DNA of 64,000 bases from Lama glama (GCA_028534125.1 CM052832.1:16556001-16620000), one strand, 5' to 3'. Shown: positions 23,524 through 36,764, numbered from the stretch's first letter. Notes: generated by a model from the letters alone, not told the origin. Translations and numbers: made by a program.

Positions 23524-26322
23524 CTCCAGGGAGTGAGATAACTTGATGACTTACAGTTTGTCTGAAATGTTGGAATTTTCCTTTAGTATAAATTTGGATT
23601 TGTATGGGAGTAGGTCAGGGAGATAATATTTGTGCTGAAAAATATTATGATGTTAAGAACCAAAGTCAATAAGCTACAGATGTTTAAAAACCAAAATGTT
23701 AACTAAAATCCAACACTAGAAACTGTATTTTGAAATAATCCTTCACATTTTCAAAGCCTCGAATCTTTCAAAGTCTTTTTGAAAAAGGGTTGTTTTTAGT
23801 AGAGTAGACATATGTAAACAAACAAGAGTAAGAGGTGCGGGCTACAATAAAAAGAATTGCAGATTGAGTGGGGACACACGGGATCCTGGCACAGTTACAC
23901 TCAAACCACTTTCGACAACCATATTGTCCTAGCGTTCTCCAGGCAGGAAAAGGGTGGAGTAAATCTTGTTCCTAGAGCCTGGATTTGTCCTTGAGAAAAG
24001 TTAGTCTTTCAGAGCAAGTCTGAGGAACGATACTGACTTTCTGATTTGAAAAAGCTTCAAGAATGCTGGGCAATGACAGTGTCTCCGTAAGAGCATCCAG
24101 CCCATGTGGGTGATGTTCACTGTGGCTCTCGGGTTGGCAACAGCTCAAAGAGAGGACACAGAGAAACTGCACCTTCAGGTCCAAGGCCCCCAGGAACTTC
24201 CGGGCCAAGTGCTCCAGTGAGGGTTGGGGTGGCGGCGAGGAGGCAAAGAAACTCACATTAATAACCTGAGAGGAAGAAAACACCGAAGTGGGAACCAAAA
24301 ACCTCCACACTCATCCGCGCTCCCCTTCCTGTTGGCATTGGAGGGGAACCACGCGGCTCTGGGAGGAAGAGAACAGGTGGCTCCTTGGTGATTTCTGATG
24401 AGCTTAAATTGAGGGGAGATTGTAAATTTTTTCCTTTGGAAGGTAGGCTTCAAATCCTCCAGTCTGACTGGTTTACCAGGTTCCTCCTGATAAAACACAA
24501 AAACAAAGCCTGATTCTTCCTGCCAGTAGGTCTGCACTCTCCTCAACAACTCTATTTAGGGCTGTAGCCCAATAGCTCCTACATCTTGGGGCCCCCCAAA
24601 AGGACCCTATCACTTCAGCAGCACGCAAGGAGATCATTTCTAGGGGGGAAAATGCATAATCTCCTTGAATTCCTGAGATTTTTACATTTACTCAATGACT
24701 TTGTAGATGTTGATTTAATCTTTGAACATCTTGGAATTAATTTGCTTTGACTCTGTGTGTAGAACTGGAAGCAGGTAGCAAGGGACTGATCCTGCTCTAT
24801 TGCCCCACCCGGTGGCTCTTTTATGCAATCTCTTTTATATAAGAAATTACGAGCCAATGAAATCCATAGCTAGGGAAACAATCAACTTTCCATTTCAGCA
24901 AATGTTTCAGTGTTCCAGCTTGCCTAGTAATAATGTTCTAGCTTTACCCCAGTCTTAACAGTTTAAAATTTCTATTTTTGTTGGCATTGATTTTTAAATA
25001 ATTCACGTAGACTACATTGGGTTTATGGCAGTAAGACACCTCAAATCAGCTACAGAATTAAGGCAGGAAAATAAATATGTGGTTCTCCATCGAGTAACTG
25101 CTAACACCATCTTTAAAATATATCAGCACTGAATCCAGTCACTTCTCACACCTCTACTGCTTCCACCTTAGAACCATCCTCTCTACAGTAGTTAACATGT
25201 GCACTTTAGAGGTGGGCTCCCTGCTGACTCTCATGCCCTGCTGTCCATTGCCCACATAACAGACAATGTGATCTTTTAAACTGTGAATCAGAACACATCC
25301 TCGCCATCACATTGCATGTAACACTCCAGTGTCTTCTCCTCTCAGGCAGAATGAAGTCCCAGTCCTTCACCACTTCTACAAGCCCCTTGTGCCAGGGCCC
25401 CTCTCACCACCTGGGCCTCAGCCCCCCATCCCCCACTCTCAGCCCAGCTCACTTGTCTACTTTCATGGGCCTCTGACACTGCCCGGTTCTGTCCCAGGGC
25501 TCTTGCCTCTCCTGTGACACCCCAAGTGCACCTCCTCTCCAGAGACTAAGATGGCTGCTCCCCCAACAATTCAGGTCTCTGTCCAAGTGTCCCATGGTCA
25601 AGTCCTCAGAAACATCATGTCCAACAGACTAGCTAAAATATATGGAAGGCTATTTAAATATAAGACTATTAATCAGACATTGTTCATAATGGTAAAAAAA
25701 AAAAATGCCAGTGCTACCTGGGTCCATGCTTTGAGAACCACACTGGAACCACTTTCCTGGAGAAAGAGTGAGGGTTTATCAGTCTAGTTTAGTGTCTAGT
25801 ATTGGAAGAGAGGTATAGGATAAACCAGACCACATCCAGCCCATCCTGGAACCCTACTCCCACCACAGAGATCCAGTGTTTGGTTGCCTTGGTGTCACAG
25901 GAATGGCAGCCAGCAAGGTGGGGACCAGATGTGGCAGTTGGAGAGGGCGATCTGGAGGCAGTGCTCTGCATTCAGCACCTGGGGCTGCTGCAGCTATGCA
26001 GACCCACTCCTTCACACTCAGGTCCTTCCTCAGCCCTCAGAACATTGACCTAAAGGTCTTCTTTGCTACACCTAGGCTGTTTGGGCCTACGATGTGACGA
26101 GAGGAGCTCTGACCATACTCTCTGATCCAAAGATAAGATAACATATTCTGACAGGCATGAGCAAATTTATAGGGATTACAGAATGGGTTAATAATGAGAG
26201 CCCTGAAGTGCTGGCACATGGCTTCAATCAGGTGTCCTGGGAGAAACACTAGTGATTTCTTTTTGTAGACACTAGAGGGCGTTCTGAGATTGCTGAAGCT
26301 ATAAGCATTGTGTCCACCTACC

Positions 26323-26324
26323 AA

Positions 26325-26379
<55 letters not shown>

Positions 26380-26381
26380 AA
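26323..26381 (+). repeat. (AAAT)n microsatellite, about 14 units
   Basis: Perfect tetranucleotide run. Confidence 0.95.
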
Positions 26382-27196
26382 TCCTGCAGATTGGGCCTTC
26401 CTGTTGGAATCAAGATTTGGTCCATTTCCTTGACCAAACAAATTGCTTCTGTCGATTAATCATCCCTTATTTTACTTTTTAATGAATGAAAGATATGTAA
26501 AGAAAGAAAATACAATTAAAAAAAAGAAAACAACATACTGAATTAAAATAGTAGTAAACATCCTTGTCCAAGGACTGATATAAGTTTTAGACAATTTAAA
26601 ATAATTTTTTGAGTTACAGTTGATGTACAATATTACATAAGTTATAGATGTACAATATAGTGATTAACTATTTTTATTAAAGACTATACAATTTTTCTTA
26701 TCTTGATTAAGGTAAAAGAATTACTTTATCAGAGTTTTTTAAAAAATTTTTTCATTTTGAGTTTGTCAGTTTTGCTTTGTCTCCTTTGGAATTAGCTTTT
26801 GCTTTGTTTTGATTTGGTTCAAAATTCAAAAGCTTTAAAAAAGGTAAGTCTCTCCCACTCCTGTCCCATCCCTGACAGGCAACCACTGATATTACTTTCT
26901 TATTTATTCCTCCAAAGACACTTTATGAATATGCAAGCAAACATAAACATATATGTATAAATTCTTTTCCCCTTCATACAAAACGTAATGTGTGCTATCC
27001 TGAACCTTGCTTTTTTACCCTTAACATTGTATGATGGAGACCACCATTAGGATATATCAAGAGTATCTTACTTTTTTTTACTTACAGTACTTTCTTGTAT
27101 GAAATGCAGTACTTTCTTGTATGCAATGCTTCTTAACCAATTCCCTACTGATAGTCATTTGGATTGATTGATTGATTGCTTTTAAAACCAACACTA

Positions 27197-27279
27197 GGGT
27201 GTGGGGGTATAGCTCAGTTGGTAGGGTACATGTTGAGTATGCACAGGCTACCTGGTTCCATTCCCAGTAACTCCATTTG
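27197..27279 (+). mobile_element. Vic-1-like SINE head, split from its tail (about 28923-28940) by the TAF13 retrocopy
   Basis: GGGGGTATAGCTCAGTTGGTAGGG...GGTTCCATTCCCAGTAACTCCATTTG; the A-rich tail resumes after 28922. Confidence 0.8.
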
Positions 27280-28905
27280 TTTTTTGTTTCTCAATCTTTT
27301 AAATTTTTCATACTTTATTATTTGTATTGATAGGTTAAGAAAGTAGAATTTTCCTAAGTACTGTTTCATAGATAATGTTCATAAGCAGCACACAAAACAT
27401 TCAGTTTCACAAAGAGTAATGTTCAATGATCCCTCTAAATGCAGTTTTAATCGTTTCTTTAAGCTAAGTGCAAGAATAATACAATAAGCTCAATACACAC
27501 AAAACCTGTATATGTATATCCTGAACTACAAAAGTGGTTTCCACAGCCATGTATGGTTTTAGTCAGGAACACATTTTCACAGTGAACAAGTACTAACAAA
27601 TATGTTAATAAAAAGTTACTGCAAATGCTTATTCTGCCATCAGCTTTTTCAGCAACACCATTCCTGCTGCAGAAGGCACTTATTAGAAGCTTTAATCTGG
27701 ACCTAGGAAAATGAGTTCTCTTAAAAATTGACAAATAGTGTATTATAAGGTTTTAAATCAAATAAGCCTTCCAACACAAAAGCAGTCACATAAAACTTTT
27801 AGTTTCTCAAAAAATAAGAAACAAAAAAATTTAAAATCACTCTTGTTATCTAAAGAAAAGAGTATTAAAACAAATTATTTTAAGACAAATAAACACTCCT
27901 ACAAAAGGCTGTATTTTCTTATATCATTTTCTCCTTAAAAGAAACACAAATCAGTTCACTACCTTTTAATAACTTCTTTGACTACTGTAGTCTAAAAACT
28001 TTAGAATACATGAAACATGTCTTTATGAGCGATCATAAAGTCAAAGGTGCCTTTTAAATTTCATGTATTAAACAGCTACAGTACAGCCTACAATGGCACA
28101 AATACACCTAACATATAAATACTACTTCATTTAAATGGTCAAAAGTCAGAAGGAACTGAATGGTTTGCAAGGTACTTTGACATATATGTGGTCATTAAAA
28201 TCCAATAAGTAATTCAAGTCTGGTAATATAATGGCAGGCAATTAAAGGCTCAAATATCACTCTAAAATCAAAGACATGAAAATTAAGACTGAAAACTTTG
28301 TGGTTCTCCACCTTTCATTCACATGGCTAGATATCAGGACCTTACTGTGAAAAATACAGTTATTAAATGTGGTTTCCCCAGAAGACAATGAAGCTTCAGA
28401 AAGTACAAAAGGTGTCAAGACCCACAGTTTGCTTCATCAAATGCTTTTCTAGCTTGTTTCAATTCTTCATTCCTAGTAAGCAAGTCTTTAAACCTAGTAA
28501 ACTTTCTTGGGTCCTTTCAAATCAAAAACGGTATCTTCAATTTGTACAAGACCTTGTCTTCCAATTGACATTGCCTTGTGAGTCGTTGCAGTGATGAACT
28601 CTATGACAAGGTCTTCAAGAATATCCACTGACTCAGTATAAGGATTCTGGTCATCCCCAAACCCATACACCATATATCTTAATTCTTTAGAAAAAAGTCT
28701 CTTTCTTTCACCCTGTCTACCTTCTGTACCTCTTCCAATTTCTTCATTTTCTTCTTCAAACCGATTCTGAACTTGGCCTCCGCTACTGTGCCCAAAGGGG
28801 TAAGGGAAAAAGCGGGCTGGAACAGAGGTGTTCACTCACAGTGAGGTCTTCTTCACCTGCCATTCCACCAGCCAGCCACCTCCAGCAGCCTCCTGCTTCT
28901 GCGTG
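27280..28905 (-). pseudogene. TAF13: TAF13 processed pseudogene (retrocopy)
   Basis: ATG at 28863 (MAGEEDLT), then FEEENEEIG...KRLFSKELR.M.YGFGDDQNPYTESVDILEDLVIEFIT with no downstream introns. A frameshift and TGA lie near 28520-28530; the original stop is at 28415-28417. Long AT-rich 3' UTR, AATAAA(-) at 27314-27319, T-rich tail from 27280, and a 17-bp TSD (27263-27279 / 28906-28922). Confidence 0.93.
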
Positions 28906-29799
28906 CCCAGTACCTCCATTTGAAAAACTAAAATAAAACCAATATTACAATGTGTAATTTTGAATAGTCATTTTACAGATATGCCAGTATGTTTTCGGAC
29001 ACATTCCTAGAAGTAGGACTGCTGGACGTATGCATTTTTTAATTTGGACAGAGATGGCCACATTGCCCTTCATAAAAACGTTACCAGTTTACAGTCCCAT
29101 TGGCAATATAATTGAGTATCTGCTTTGGTGTGGTTATTTTTTAAGCTACAAAAATATACAGAGATCCATATTTGGGAGCCATCCACATATAAACGATATT
29201 TAAATCCCGGGACTGGATGAAAATAGAGTGATTAGGAAGGCAGTAAGAACGGACTAAGCAGCCTAGGTAAAGTTCTTAAACATGCCAACATTTAGAGCAA
29301 AAGGAGCTGGCAAAGGAGATTGAGAAGGAGCAGCTGGTATGGGAGGAAGAAAACTAGAACTCTATATGTCACAGAAGCTTTAAAGGTTGTGGGGTGGTGG
29401 GGGAAGTATAAATATAAATTAATACAATCACTTCAGAGAACAATTTGGCATCACGTGGTAAAGATGTGCAAAAATTCCACTCCTACTAACATATCCAAAC
29501 AGGACACACAAGCGACCAAGGAGAGATGCTCCTAAATGTTCATTGCCGCAAAAACAACCCAAAGGTCAATGAAGAGAAAATATGAGGTACATTGTAGCAT
29601 TTTTATACAATGAATACCATCGAGAAATGAAAATAAATGAAGTATTTGTATAAACGTGGATGTATCTCCTATACAATGTTGACTGAAAAAGAAAGCTACA
29701 AAAAAAAAAAAAGTAAAAAAAAAAAGCAAGCTACAGAATGATACATTCAGCAAGGAGCAATTTCTAGTCTTAAAACATACCAAATGAAAGGATTTTTAA

Positions 29800-29920
29800 A
29801 ATTTTTTTTCATTTCTTCCTTTTTTTTTTTTTCTGCCTTAACACAGGCACTGGGGATTGAATCCAGGACCCTCCTGCACACCAAGCCCATGCTCTACCAC
29901 TGAGCTATATCCTCACCCTC
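29800..29920 (-). mobile_element. Vic-1-like SINE
   Basis: GCACTGGGGATTGAATCCAGGACC...CTCTACCACTGAGCTATATCC with a poly-T tail. Confidence 0.8.
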
Positions 29921-29973
29921 TGATTTTTAGAATTCTTAACAAAACATAAAAGCATACACAAAATTCAATACAA

Positions 29974-29999
29974 ACACACACACACACACACACACACAC
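29974..29999 (+). repeat. (AC)13 microsatellite
   Basis: Perfect dinucleotide run. Confidence 0.9.
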
Positions 30000-30914
30000 C
30001 CCCCAGGCTGTCCTTGCCTGTAAAGTGTTAACTGAAACACATGCATATCAGAACAATGCAAAATGAGGACTGTCTGCATATATTTCTACTCTTTACCATA
30101 TATACCACATATAGCAAATGATACTAAAGTGTGACAAGCCGACAAACCTGTGTGGTAACTCCATAAAGCTTTCTTACAATTCTCTGTTCCTTTCTTCCAG
30201 CTCAAACTACTTCATAATAAAATTTGTGAAGTAGATCCAAAAGAAGTGAGCAAAAGAAAGAAAAATGTTATCAAGTGTGGGAAGCTGCTGCTGGGAGGTA
30301 AAGAAAGATGAGCTCATAGACCTCTCTATTAGAATGAACTGTACTCAGTCTGTTAGTGACCTTGACCACAGCAGACTTCCTTGAGGAATGTGAGCTGAAG
30401 TCAGAATGAAGTGAGCAGAACCAGGAAAGAAGGATGAAGAAGGACCACAGGCACAAATAAGCCTTAGGTGTCAAACTCTGGGGGTGTGGCAGGGTGGGCA
30501 GGAGTGGAAGGCAGAGGTGGGGTTGGATTCTGAGCATTCTTCTTTGGATCTGAAGCTTAGAGAAAGGGCATTAACATTTATTTAGCTCTTTCCACAATCT
30601 TCAGAGAGATCTGAAACAGTTTTCACAAACTGAAGAATGAATTCCTCCAATAGCTCCTGGGTCCCTTGGAGAAATTAAGTACTTTGGCCTGTTTTCGGAA
30701 TACAGAGACAGTCATGTGAAGTTCCTGGGGGCTAGACCTCACAATCTGGGCCATTATTCTCAATGGTGTGTGAAAAATCAGTAGATTTTGCTTTCCAGAA
30801 TAATTTTTTAAAAGAAAGTTCTTTGTTAGAATGTTTGCAGTACATGTATCTGACAAAGGATTTATATCCAGAGTATATAAATGACTCCTATGACTTCATA
30901 ATAAAAAGACAAAA

Positions 30915-31265
30915 AGCACAGGGAACTATACTCAATATCTTGTAGTAACCTATAATGAAAAAAGCATTTGAAAATGAATATATGTATGTAAATGTATAAC
31001 TGAAACATTATGCTGTACACCAGAAATTGACACAACATTGTAAACTGACTATACTTCAATTGAAAAAAAAAAAAAGAAATCCTCGATAAACAAGTTTCTA
31101 ATGTATAGCACAGGGAACTGCGTTCAGTATCTTGTAATAACCTATTATGAAAAAGAATACAAAAAAGAATAGATATGTATAGCTGAATTACTATGCTGTA
31201 TGCAAGAAACGAACACAACATTGTAAATCAACTATACATCAATAAAATTTAAAAAGGGAAAAAAA
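30915..31265 (+). mobile_element. Two tandem L1 3'-end fragments
   Basis: GCACAGGGAACT...TATCTTGT...AACAT(T)GTAAA motif occurs twice (about 30915-31078 and 31085-31265), each with an A tail. Confidence 0.75.
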
Positions 31266-32814
31266 GAAAAAAGTAACAACAAAAAATGAATAAGACTTAA
31301 ACAGGCACTTTACAAAGAAAGATACATGAATGGACAACACATATATGTGAAAAACTTCCCAAGATCGACCAGGGAAAATACAAAGTCAAAAGACACTGAC
31401 AGACCACTGTGCACCCATCAGAAAGGCTAAAAGAGCTCCAAAGCCCTGACATCTGACACCTCCACGTTGTTCAAAAGAAGAGAGTAAAACAAATGTACCA
31501 AACAATCCAGGATAATGATATAAGATCGTATGTAGGATTGCAAACCAACATACTGTGACTTGTAGTATTTCAGAAAAGAGAGAGATCAACGTGGCCAGAG
31601 GAGGCATTAAGGGTTTTGGGGGCAGAAGGTAGAATCGACTGGGAAGTAGCTTGCTTCTTTGCAGCATGTGTACTAATTGCCAGGAACTTTAGGGCAGTAT
31701 CTCGTTTAATCTTCACCATGTTCCTGTGAAGAGGAATCTTCCATTTTAGAGATCAATAACTGAGAGTCTGAAATTTAAGTAACCAGTCTACAACATCACC
31801 CAGGAGCAAAGCTGGAGGGATACCCAGGACATCTGCCTCCAAGCCTGACTGTTTCCATTATCCCACCTCAGGACTCCTAAGAGAAGGGAGGAGTTTGAAT
31901 GGGTTGTGAGACTGGGGACAATGCATGAACTAGATCTGCACTAAAACAGTGGAGAAGCACCCTCCCTCCCCTCACCCCATGCCCTCCTCCAAGGACTGCA
32001 ATCATCCCCTCTGACCCTCTGATTTACCAGGCACCCCTTACTCTCCCTCTCCCCACAATGGTTAAGAGAATAGGGGAGGGAAGAAGGAGAAATTGCTTTT
32101 GCCTTTCTTGGCCTCTTTCTCCAGGGGTCTCTGCCTTTCTGCCTTTTACTTTTCCCCGCACCAGCGGATTCACTTCACAGTTGAGTGCCTACTGTGTGCC
32201 AAGAGCTCTGCCTTCCTCTGGGGATAAGAAAACGAGAAAGACAGCTCCTGCCCCTCAAAGAACTTACTGTCTAGGTGGGAATGATTGTAACAAATTCCTT
32301 CAGTGTTAAAATTAAGTATCATCCCCATCATCGGAGGGAGGACAGGGATAATTCAGGGAAGGTGACCTGGATGGAGCTGACACATAGGGTTTGACAGGTT
32401 CCAGAACTCTCTTTATTGCAATTCAAATCTGGACACAGGTAAATAATGTCTTTCTGACTGAATTCCTTTCAGTCTTCCTGAGAGATGGGCAAGCTCATTC
32501 TGGAACAAGGAAGACAGGTGGGGTGAAGAGACCACTCCCCAAGGACATAGGCCCAGGACACTTGTGTTCTCCTGGCCACCACTGCCCACCCACACTTCTC
32601 CCAGGACCAGCCTTCTTCCAAACCTTTCACAGCCCTTGACTATATTCTGTGGTGTTCACCGTGGATACCCTGGCCACAGCCAGCCTCAGAGTCAGACTAT
32701 TGAGAAACAGAGCAACACTGATCCTTGCTGAATTAATATGGGGAGCTGAAGTCTCTCTGAGTCAGAGATAAACTTGGCAGGTCAGCCTCATTAAAAGCTT
32801 TAATTACAATTCCA

Positions 32815-32945
32815 GGGGGTTAGCGCATAGCTCAGTGTTGGAGTACATGTTTAGCATGCAGGAGGTCCTGGGTTCAATCTTTGGTACCTCCATTAAAAAT
32901 AAATAAATCTAATAACCCTCTCCCTGAAAAAAAGAGAAAAAAGAA
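32815..32945 (+). mobile_element. Vic-1-like SINE
   Basis: CATAGCTCAGTGTTGGAGTACATGTTTAGCATGCAGGAGGTCCTGGGTTCAATC...TACCTCCATTAAAAATAAATAAAT. Confidence 0.85.
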
Positions 32946-33029
32946 AGTTTCTTGGTGATGGCTGCACAACGATGTGAGTGTATTTAATGCCACTGTACTG
33001 TACACTTACAAATGGTTAAAATGGTACCT

Positions 33030-33300
33030 TTTTTTAATAGACTTTATTCTTTTAGAGCAGTTTCAGGTTCACAATAGAAATGAGCAGAAAATACAGAGTT
33101 CACATATAGCCCTCCCCACCTACACATATATACTCCCCTACCCTCATCATCCCTTCTCAGTGTGGTATATTTGGTACAATCTATGAACCAACATGGGCAC
33201 ATTATTATCAACCGAAGTCCATAGTTTACATTAAGGTTCACTCTTGATATTGTACATTGTGTGGGTTTTGACAAATGCATAATGACATGTTACATGTCAT
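33030..33300 (-). mobile_element. Old L1 3' end (L1MC1-like) with TSD, nested in another L1 3' end
   Basis: TTTTTAATAGACTTTATTCTTTTAGAGCAGTTTCAGGTTCAC...; flanked by TTAAAATGGTAC direct repeats. Confidence 0.65.
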
Positions 33301-34689
33301 TAAAATGGTACATTTTATGTTATGTGTATTTTACCACAATGGAAAACAAAAACAAAACCAGAAAAAAAGAATGCGTCTTCAAATGATCTGGTGACTAAGA
33401 ATGGAAGTTGAGACTAGTCAGAGGCTAGGAAATCAGACATGAAAACGGATTTTTAAAAGCATAATATTTAATTGCTGAGGAGTCGTCTCAGCATAAAAAT
33501 ACTTATAATCCCATGGTGACCCAACGAAGAACAATGTAAACTCAGAATGCCAGGGACCTTGTTTTGCAGACCCTTGGTTTATTCCTGCAGACTACAAGCA
33601 GAGAGCTGATTCTGAGATTTGAGGTAACATTATCTGGATTTGGGAAAAGAAGACTTCAGTTTGCAGACTTTGCAGGAGAGACCATACTGTCCGTTGTTGA
33701 GAAGAGGGGCGTTGGTTTACGGTGAGTGGTGGAATATGTATAAATTGAGATTAAAGGAGATAGTCTCCCAAAGTGGACAAAGCCTGAAACTTCTCTCCTC
33801 AGCCCTCCATTCTTTCTCCTTCTGCCTTCAGATTGACAGAAGCTACAAGTCAAAATAAGTGGTTTGCTACCCTGGTCTCAAGCAAGTCTTCACTGGTCCC
33901 CATCTGGGTCGTTTCGATTGGTTTTCCCAACCAAACAGCACCCCCATGCTCCAGCGAGGGGACAGCAGCAAGGCCACCATCATGCTTCTTTGCAGCTTAG
34001 CCACCAGTCACAGCTGGTGGGGAGTGGTGGCCCTCACTTGCTCTCCCTGAGTCTTGGGGTATACTCTGCAACCAGATACTCGCATTTGTCTTTGCGAAGG
34101 GCCTGGACATTGCACTATAATAAAGGTGTGTGTGGAGAGTTTGTGAGCCCAGTCCTAAATTGGTTTGGGGGGCTTGAAGTTTTTTAGTGACTCCCTGAGA
34201 CCTGAGAGAGTGGAGGAGCCACATCTAATGACTTGACTCTGCTTCCGGTCTCCTCCAGGCCTGCAGAGAGCTTGGCCTTGGCAGGAGTGACGTGGCCTAC
34301 CCTTCAGGTGTAACTCCACCAGCCAGAGCAGCCCAGGAGGGGGCTGGCTAGGAGTCCAGACAAACTGAACTGGCCATTAAGGTTCTGGGTCAGACTCCAG
34401 GCAAACACGGGACTGACCACGCTTAGGTCTGGATCCAAGCACCCACCCTGCCTCTGGCTCTCCCTCTGGAATGGGGCTCTTGCCCAGGAAAGAAACACAC
34501 CACCTAGAGCAACTAACCGATTGTAATCTAAAAAACAGAGTTGTGTTGTTTAGAGGGAAATGGGGAAGGTGTTTTAGGGGTTGATGGGAAGACAGGTGTT
34601 CAAGGGCTCTATGGACCACATGGGGAAAGGGGCTGCTGGGCGCCTAGAGGGCGGCGAGCCCGGGAGCCCTGCAGCTGGAGATTTCCTAG

Positions 34690-34870
34690 GCCCGCCCCTC
34701 CCCCTCCTCTGGGAGGCCGTCTTCTTGGCAGACAGCAGATAGATGCATGACAAAGGGGCTATGATGGCTCTGTCCTGGGGGTTGGGGAGATGGCTGGGGA
34801 AAGGCCCCTCCTGTTTCAAAGCACATCTCTCCACCCCCACCAGGACCCTTAATCTATCTGCCTTTTGGGC
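34690..34870 (+). promoter_or_regulatory. POU5F1 distal enhancer CR4 with OCT-SOX composite element
   Basis: AGATGCATGACAAAG at 34741-34755, preceded by CCCGCCCCTCCCCC, about 2.1 kb upstream of the ATG. Confidence 0.85.
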
Positions 34871-35314
34871 AGTTAGTGGTTTAGAGGTAAATACAGCTCC
34901 AGCCCTGCTGCCCTGTAGATCCTCCAGCAGACCTGTAGGAAGTATTGAAATGCAGGTTACAATTGGTTGCCCAAAAGTATGTACAGATGGTCTGGAACAG
35001 GGGCTGTATGATATAGATTCAGAGGGGAAAAAAAACAAAAAAAACCCTCATGCTCAAAGGACTCCCAGATACCACCAAGGCTGCCACAGTCAGGAGGACC
35101 CCCACCAGAACACTCAGACCCTCAGAAGGAAGATGCCGAGACATGACCCCAGCAAACAACCCCAGACCGAGCTGAGATGAAGTGACGCCTAAGTCGGCAG
35201 AGGTCCATGTCCCAGGCTCAGGATTCTGGCTTCCAAGCTGTAGGGAGCTCTGGTCCACAGCCTTTCCAGAGCCCCCCTCAAGTCACCTCGGGGCCTTCAT
35301 TTAGGGCAAGTTTG

Positions 35315-35420
35315 GGGAGCAGACAGACAGGCATCATCCCAAACAGACAGTCTGAAATCTATTCTCTTGCAAACAGAATCAAGGACTAGGCCAGCAGCCT
35401 GAGCCCTTAGGACAGGCCCA
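35315..35420 (+). promoter_or_regulatory. POU5F1 upstream conserved region, CR3-like
   Basis: GCAGACAGACAGGCATCATCCC...TATTCTCTTGCAAACAGAATCAAGGACTAG resembles the recalled CR3 and includes a TCAAGGACT NR5A-like site. Confidence 0.6.
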
Positions 35421-35689
35421 GAAAAATAGACCCTGTGGGAGAGAGAGCTTAGGACAGGCTTCCTGTACCCCCTCCCCAAGTCACTCTCCACCCTCTCTGC
35501 ATCTTTTCGCCAGCCCCCCTAAACAAAGGCTTGGGGGACTGGGGGAGGGGTGGGTGTCAAGGCTGGACGCCTGAGTCCTCTAGAAGGGGACGGGATACCT
35601 GGGTCCCAGCGGGGGGCCCGTCTGAGGCTCAGTCTTTGAGGGGATGTGGGGATAGTTGCTGGAGCTCTTGTAGCTGCTCTGAGGGGGAT

Positions 35690-35845
35690 TCTGTGTGAGG
35701 GGATTGGGGCTGGGGGGTTGGGGGGCAGGAAGCTGTCCCCAGGGGAGCCATCCAGGCCCATTCAAGGGTTGAGCACTTGTTTAGGGTTAGAGCTGCCCCC
35801 TCTGGGGACCAGGATTGTCCAGCCAAGGCCATTGTCCGGCCCCCT
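35690..35845 (+). promoter_or_regulatory. POU5F1 proximal enhancer, CR2-like
   Basis: CCAGGCCCATTCAAGGGTTGAGCACTTGTTTAGGG...CCAAGGCCA with NR5A-type CAAGG motifs. Resembles the recalled conserved region 2. Confidence 0.7.
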
Positions 35846-36764
35846 TCCCCCAGTCCCTCCCAAAGCCTCTTTGAACCTGAAGTCAGATATTTTTTTCTCC
35901 CCCCTCCCTCATTGGCTTTCCCCACCCAGGGCCTAGGGCTGGAGGCCTGGGCTGGGAGGTGGGGGAGGGAGAACAGTCAACTACAGTGCGGATATTCGGG
36001 TCCCTGAAAGGGGGAGGGTGGGTAAGAAACCTGATGTGTGCGACCCACAGTGGGGGATCCTTCAGGGGGTGTCCGATCCCTCTGTCTGGACAAAGGTTGG
36101 GAGATTCAGGCCCAGTTGGTCCAGAGCTAGCCCTTAGAAGGGAAAGTGGGGGTTCAATCCTTGGGTCTGGTAGGTGAGGGGGCTCTGGAACCAGGAAACC
36201 GGGGTATAGAATGGAAGCCTTGTCTGGCAGTCAGCTCCTGGCGATGGGGTGGAATTTGGCAGGCTGGGCAGATGTGTGCCGGGCACCATCGCAACTTTGG
36301 GGTAACTGAATCTGGCCAGTAATCTGGATGGGAATGTCTAGGTTCCCGGATTGGGGTGGGGGAGGACAGCAGCCGGGGTCTGCTAAGGAATTGAGGCGTA
36401 CCCCCAGCAGTACTTGGCACATTACAACGAATGTTTGAGGAGCTGGCTGGCTGGGCTCCAGTGACAGTGCCAAGGTCTTTGGAGAGGGGTCCAGCACCCG
36501 GGCTTCTGGAAATCGTGCAGGAGGTGTGGAAGGGATCCCAGACGGCTCCCGATGTGCGCGGACGGTGGAGAAGGAGGGTGGCTTGTCGGGAGTTGGAAGT
36601 GAAGGTCCGCATGGGGGACTTGCAACCAAGAGCCTTGGGGTCTGGGGCCTGGAGAGGCTCCCAGTTGGAGCTCCAAGGTTTCGCCTTCCACCGATACCAT
36701 CGCCACTGTCAGGCAAACACCCTCCGCCTCAGTTTCTCCCACCCCCACCGTCTCCTCCCCCACC

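Noticed and set aside
24803..24818. CTCF-like CCACCCGGTGGC
   Set aside because: Mismatch at the core AG position; a motif alone is insufficient.
28494..28835. 113-aa TAF13-like ORF as a functional retrogene
   Set aside because: Starts at GTG within the retained segment, frameshifts before the C-terminal helices, and has a stop in the original frame.
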